Part shown: positions 60,063-64,000 of the stretch, piece by piece
Layout of the letters: the number at the start of each line of letters is the position of its first letter
How positions within the stretch are numbered: position 1 is the stretch's first letter
NCBI GenBank assembly: GCA_033549025.1
Contig: JAWSUS010000002.1
Location: 32,001-96,000 of the forward strand
DNA length: 64,000 bases
Direction: 5' to 3'
Source: Desulfuromonadales bacterium
GTDB taxonomy: Bacteria; Desulfobacterota; Desulfuromonadia; Desulfuromonadales; SZUA-540
Position numbers and translations under genes: made by a program
Notes under the pieces: generated by a model
Databases searched by the model: none
What the model was told of the DNA's origin: nothing
What the model saw: the letters and a program-made list of their open reading frames with translations, nothing else

Positions 60063-62443
60063 AGGAGAATATCCCGCCGGACATCATCCTCACCACCCTC
60101 GATGACGCCATCAACTGGGGGCGCAAAAACAGCCTTTGGCCCATGTTTTTCGGCCTGTCCTGCTGCTTCGTTGAAATGATGACCAGCATGACCCCGCGTT
60201 TCGACCTGGCCCGCTTCGGCGCCGAGGTGCTGCGCGGCAGCCCCCGAGAAGCCGACCTCATGGTGATCGCCGGCACCCCCTTTAAAAAGATGGGGGCGTC
60301 CATCCTCCGTCTTTACGAGCAGATGGCCAATCCCAAGTGGGTCATCGCCATGGGCAGCTGCGCCAATTCTGGCGGCATGTACGACACCTACAGCGTCATT
60401 CAGGGCGTGAACCAGATCATCCCCGTCGATGTCTATGTTCCCGGCTGCCCTCCCCGCCCCGAAGCCTTTATGCAAGGGCTCATGCTGCTGCAGGATAAAA
60501 TCGCTCGCGAAGAACGGCCGGCACGCCCCGTGCTCGGCCTCCCCGGCGGCAGCGAGGGCACCACCGTGCCTGTTCTCGTGGACGGTGTCAGCAAGAGCCG
60601 CGACACACGCGGACCCGGCTACGCCTTCAGTCCCATTCGCGGCACCTCCCAGCAACCCCCCGACTTTCGGCAAAACCGCGCGGACAGGATCTGGCGACCG
60701 CCACAACCGCAGGTGGAATTTCCCCAAACCGACGACCTTCTGCGCGCGGTGCAGGAGCGCTTCGCCGAAGCGGTAAAGCTCGATCCACTGGGGGTTGACA
60801 TGCCGACTCTGGTCGCTGCGCCTGAAAAAGCGACCGAGGTGCTGCGTTTTCTCAAAGAGGAGGCGCCGCAGCAATACCGTCGTCTGGAGGACATCACCGC
60901 CATCGACGAGTCGACGCGACGGGCCCGCCCCTCTCATGGCACCACCCTGGTCTATCACCTGCTCTCTTTCGAAGCGCAGAGCTACCTCCGCCTCAAGGTC
61001 CCTTTGCAGGGAGAGCATCCCCAAGCGGCCAGCGTTACCGACATCTGGCCGGCGGCCAACTGGTATGAGCGGGAAGCCTATGACATGTTCGGCATCTCTT
61101 TTGCGGGGCACCCCGATCTGCGGCGGATACTGATGCCCGATAGCTGGCAAGGGCACCCTTTGCGCAAAGCCCACCCTTTCCGCGCCACGGAGATGCCCCC
61201 CTACACGGCGGCCACGGCCGCCACCATGGTGCCCCGGGACGGCGGTGATTTTTTCAAGAGCCGCGCCGTAGGCGAAGATGAAGGGACGATGGTTCTCAAC
61301 GTCGGTCCTCATCACCCCGGCACCCACGGGGTGCTGCGTCTTATTTTGAAACTGCGAGGAGAAGAGATCGACGATATCGACGCGGACATCGGCTACCACC
61401 ACCGGGCGGCCGAAAAGACCGGCGAGCGTCAGCACTGGAACCAGTTCATCCCCTACACCGACCGCATCGACTACCTGTCGGGTGTCATGAACAACCTGGC
61501 CTACCTCTATCCCCTGGAGACCCTGCTCGGAGTGGAGGTGCCGGCACGCGCCCAGACGGTGCGCATCATGCTGTGTGAACTCTTTCGCATCGCCAGCCAT
61601 CTGGTCTGGCTCGGCACCTTCGGCAACGATGTCGGCGCCATGACCCCCGTTTTTTACACCTTCGAGTCACGGGAAAAGATTTTCGATATCGTCGAGATGA
61701 TCACGGGGGGCCGCATGCACCCGGCCTGGTTTCGCGTCGGCGGCCTACCCGACGACCTTCCTGACGGCTGGAAGGCCGTGGTTGACACCTTCACCCGCGA
61801 CTTTGCAGCGCGACTGGACGAGCTGGAAAAAATGTTCAGCAACGGCCCCATCTTCCGGGCCCGCACCGAAGGAGTCGGCGTTCTAACCACCGATGAGGCC
61901 CTCGACTGGGGAGTGAGCGGGCCGAACCTGCGGGCGACGGGCCTCGCCTGGGACCTGCGCCGCGCCATGCCCTACGGCGGCTACGACAGGTTCGATTTTG
62001 AGGTCGCCACCGCTCAGGGAGGGGACTGTTACGCCCGCTACCTGGTGCGATTGCAGGAGATGCGGCAGAGCCTGAACATCGTCAGGCAATGTGCTGAAAA
62101 GATGCCCGGGGGACGCTGGGTTACCGACGACTACCGCTACGTCTATCCCAAAAAGGCTGACGGGCTGCGCGATATCGAGAGCCTCATTCACCATTTCGTC
62201 AACCTCTCCCGTGGCCTGACACCACCGGCGGGGGAATGCTACCGAGCCATCGAATCGAGCAAGGGGGAGTGCGGCTACTATCTGGTCAGTGACGGCGGCA
62301 ACGTCCCTTACCGTCTGCGCATCCGCACGCCGTCCTTCGCCCACATGCAGACCTTGCCGCTACTGAGCCGGGGCTGGATGGTCGCCGATCTCTTCACCAT
62401 CCTGGCTTCCATCGATTTCGTCCTGGCCGATCTGGATCGCTGA
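60059..62443 (+). CDS. nuoBCD: NADH-quinone oxidoreductase fused subunit B/C/D
   Basis: NuoB ([26 protein letters not shown]), NuoC ([16 protein letters not shown]) and NuoD ([22 protein letters not shown]) in one frame; GTG start overlapping the nuoA stop. Confidence 0.92.
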   Translation: MKENIPPDIILTTLDDAINWGRKNSLWPMFFGLSCCFVEMMTSMTPRFDLARFGAEVLRGSPREADLMVIAGTPFKKMGASILRLYEQMANPKWVIAMGSCANSGGMYDTYSVIQGVNQIIPVDVYVPGCPPRPEAFMQGLMLLQDKIAREERPARPVLGLPGGSEGTTVPVLVDGVSKSRDTRGPGYAFSPIRGTSQQPPDFRQNRADRIWRPPQPQVEFPQTDDLLRAVQERFAEAVKLDPLGVDMPTLVAAPEKATEVLRFLKEEAPQQYRRLEDITAIDESTRRARPSHGTTLVYHLLSFEAQSYLRLKVPLQGEHPQAASVTDIWPAANWYEREAYDMFGISFAGHPDLRRILMPDSWQGHPLRKAHPFRATEMPPYTAATAATMVPRDGGDFFKSRAVGEDEGTMVLNVGPHHPGTHGVLRLILKLRGEEIDDIDADIGYHHRAAEKTGERQHWNQFIPYTDRIDYLSGVMNNLAYLYPLETLLGVEVPARAQTVRIMLCELFRIASHLVWLGTFGNDVGAMTPVFYTFESREKIFDIVEMITGGRMHPAWFRVGGLPDDLPDGWKAVVDTFTRDFAARLDELEKMFSNGPIFRARTEGVGVLTTDEALDWGVSGPNLRATGLAWDLRRAMPYGGYDRFDFEVATAQGGDCYARYLVRLQEMRQSLNIVRQCAEKMPGGRWVTDDYRYVYPKKADGLRDIESLIHHFVNLSRGLTPPAGECYRAIESSKGECGYYLVSDGGNVPYRLRIRTPSFAHMQTLPLLSRGWMVADLFTILASIDFVLADLDR

Positions 62444-62444
62444 T

Positions 62445-62936
62445 ATGGCACCTGAACTGCTGAGTCCACAAAAACTGGAAGAGTTTCGAGAGCGCGTCAC
62501 TCGCTCGGAGCACCCCCGCGAGCTGGTCATCGACGTATTGCGTGCCATTCAGGAGGAATACGGCTGGGTTCCGGACGAAGGCGTGGTATTGACGGCTTCC
62601 CTGTTGGGGCTGTCCCCTTTGCAGGTGGAAGAAATCGCCACCTTCTACGACAAGATATTCCGTCAGCCGGTGGGACGGCGGGTTATTCACGTGTGCGACT
62701 CCATCTGCTGCTGGAGCCGGGGGGGTGAAGGGATCGTACGGCATCTGCAGGACAGGCTCGGCATCGCCCTGGGCGAGACCACCGCTGACGGGGCCTTCAC
62801 CCTGCTGCCGACCTGCTGCCTGGGGGCCTGCGGCCAGGCCCCGGCCATGATGATCGGTTTTACCCTCTATGGACACCTGGACGCGCAGAAGATCGACGCC
62901 ATTCTGGCGGCCGAACGAACCGGGGGCACACCATGA
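62445..62936 (+). CDS. nuoE: NADH-quinone oxidoreductase subunit E
   Basis: ATFY, VCDSICC, CCLGACGQAP [2Fe-2S] motifs. Confidence 0.93.
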   Translation: MAPELLSPQKLEEFRERVTRSEHPRELVIDVLRAIQEEYGWVPDEGVVLTASLLGLSPLQVEEIATFYDKIFRQPVGRRVIHVCDSICCWSRGGEGIVRHLQDRLGIALGETTADGAFTLLPTCCLGACGQAPAMMIGFTLYGHLDAQKIDAILAAERTGGTP

Positions 62937-64000
62937 AAAAACACACCCTGCTCCTCTTCAAAAACCGGCGGCCCGGCGAATGCGTCTTTTTGGAGGAATA
63001 CCGCCGACAGGGAGGCTACACGGCGCTGGCCAAAGCTCTGAAACAGATGGACCCGGCCGCCGTGCGCGACGTCGTCAAGGCCTCCGGCTTGCGCGGCCGC
63101 GGCGGCGCCGGCTTTCCGACCGGGGTCAAATGGTCTTTTTTCCCCTCGGAGCAGCCGGGACAGAAATACCTGGTGTGCAATGGCGACGAGATGGAGCCGG
63201 GGACCTACAAGGATCGCCAGTTGCTGGAAGCCGACCCGCACCAGTTGGTGGAAGGGATGATCCTCGCCGCCTACGCCATGCAGATCCCCACGGGTTTTAT
63301 TTTTATCCGCTACGCCTACCGCCAGGCCATGCGCAATCTGGAGAGGGCCATCGCCGAAGCGGCGCAGGCCGGCCTGCTGGGCCAGAACATCCTCGGCTCC
63401 GGTTTTTCCTTCGACCTTCACGTACACGGCAGCGCCGGGCGCTATATCCTCGGCGAGGAAACGGCCCTGCTCAACGGTCTGGAAGGCAAGCGCGCCAACC
63501 CCCGTTCCAAGCCGCCCTTTCCGGCCGTGCGCGGCCTCTTCGGCAAGCCGACCACGGTGAACAACGTGGAGACGCTGGCCAACATTCCCCATATCATCCA
63601 TGGCGGGGCCGACTGGTTTGCCAGCCTCGCCTATACGGAAAAGGGGGCCGGCACCAAGCTCTACGGCCTTTCGGGACACCTGGAGCGCACCGAATGTCAC
63701 GAACTGCCCATCGGCATCACCCTGGGCGATCTCATCACCGAATACGGCGGAGGCGTCTGGAAAGGGCGCGCCTTCAAGGCCTGTCTGCCCGGCGGGGCCT
63801 CCACCCCCTTTCTGATCGCCGAACATCTGGCGGTGCCGCTGGACTACGAAGCCCTGGAGCAGGTCGGCAGCCGCCTGGGGACGGGCGGGGTCACCGTCTT
63901 CGATGACCACACCTGCATGGTCGCCGCCACCCTTAACCTCAACCGTTTCTTTGCCCGGGAAAGCTGCGGCTGGTGCACGCCCTGCAGGGACGGGTTGCCC
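62933..64000 (+). CDS. nuoF: NADH-quinone oxidoreductase subunit F (truncated by the window end)
   Basis: Manual translation from ATG 62933: SGLRGRGGAGFPTGVKW, CNGDEMEPGTYKDR, GEETALL..LEG, PT.VNNVETL, ESCGWCTPCRDG. Confidence 0.93.
   Translation, partial: MKKHTLLLFKNRRPGECVFLEEYRRQGGYTALAKALKQMDPAAVRDVVKASGLRGRGGAGFPTGVKWSFFPSEQPGQKYLVCNGDEMEPGTYKDRQLLEADPHQLVEGMILAAYAMQIPTGFIFIRYAYRQAMRNLERAIAEAAQAGLLGQNILGSGFSFDLHVHGSAGRYILGEETALLNGLEGKRANPRSKPPFPAVRGLFGKPTTVNNVETLANIPHIIHGGADWFASLAYTEKGAGTKLYGLSGHLERTECHELPIGITLGDLITEYGGGVWKGRAFKACLPGGASTPFLIAEHLAVPLDYEALEQVGSRLGTGGVTVFDDHTCMVAATLNLNRFFARESCGWCTPCRDGLP

Overview
GC-rich chromosomal segment, most likely from a Desulfuromonadales deltaproteobacterium (Desulfuromonas/Geobacter-like gene content and order; taxonomy is inferred). 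Left to right it contains: (1) the 5' end of a CzcC-like efflux gene preceded by a His/Cys-rich leader ORF; (2) pirin; (3) a sigma54-controlled dicarboxylate catabolic operon (TctC-TctA-TctB transporter, tartrate/D-malate dehydrogenase, a LeuCD-like Fe-S hydro-lyase, D-tartrate dehydratase TarD) with a divergent PrpR-like activator; (4) a ~20 kb Mo-nitrogenase region (ANTAR regulator GnfR-like, nifV, nifE, nifN, nifB-modABC, nifHDK-nifX-fdxB-nifB/X-like, amtB, draT-draG and four small downstream genes); (5) a truncated LysR-extH-extI selenite/tellurite-type locus; (6) an extended ars cluster ending at tRNA-Asn; (7) core genes (mglA, mglB, por, recR, ybaB, dnaX, SRP RNA, tRNA-Ser, tatA, porin/cytochrome c, serA, hisZ, purA, tRNA-Lys, tRNA-Glu, rnhA) and the start of a nuo operon with a NuoBCD fusion. 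The main hidden structure is RNA-level. ANTAR-type hexaloop hairpins overlap intrinsic terminators in the leaders of nifV, nifB and nifH (stacked attenuators in nifB and nifH). One also sits between draG and an uncharacterised four-gene module that includes a macrodomain protein. dnaX carries an E. coli-style -1 frameshift cassette. All annotations come from reading motifs by eye; no database searches or folding computations were run.
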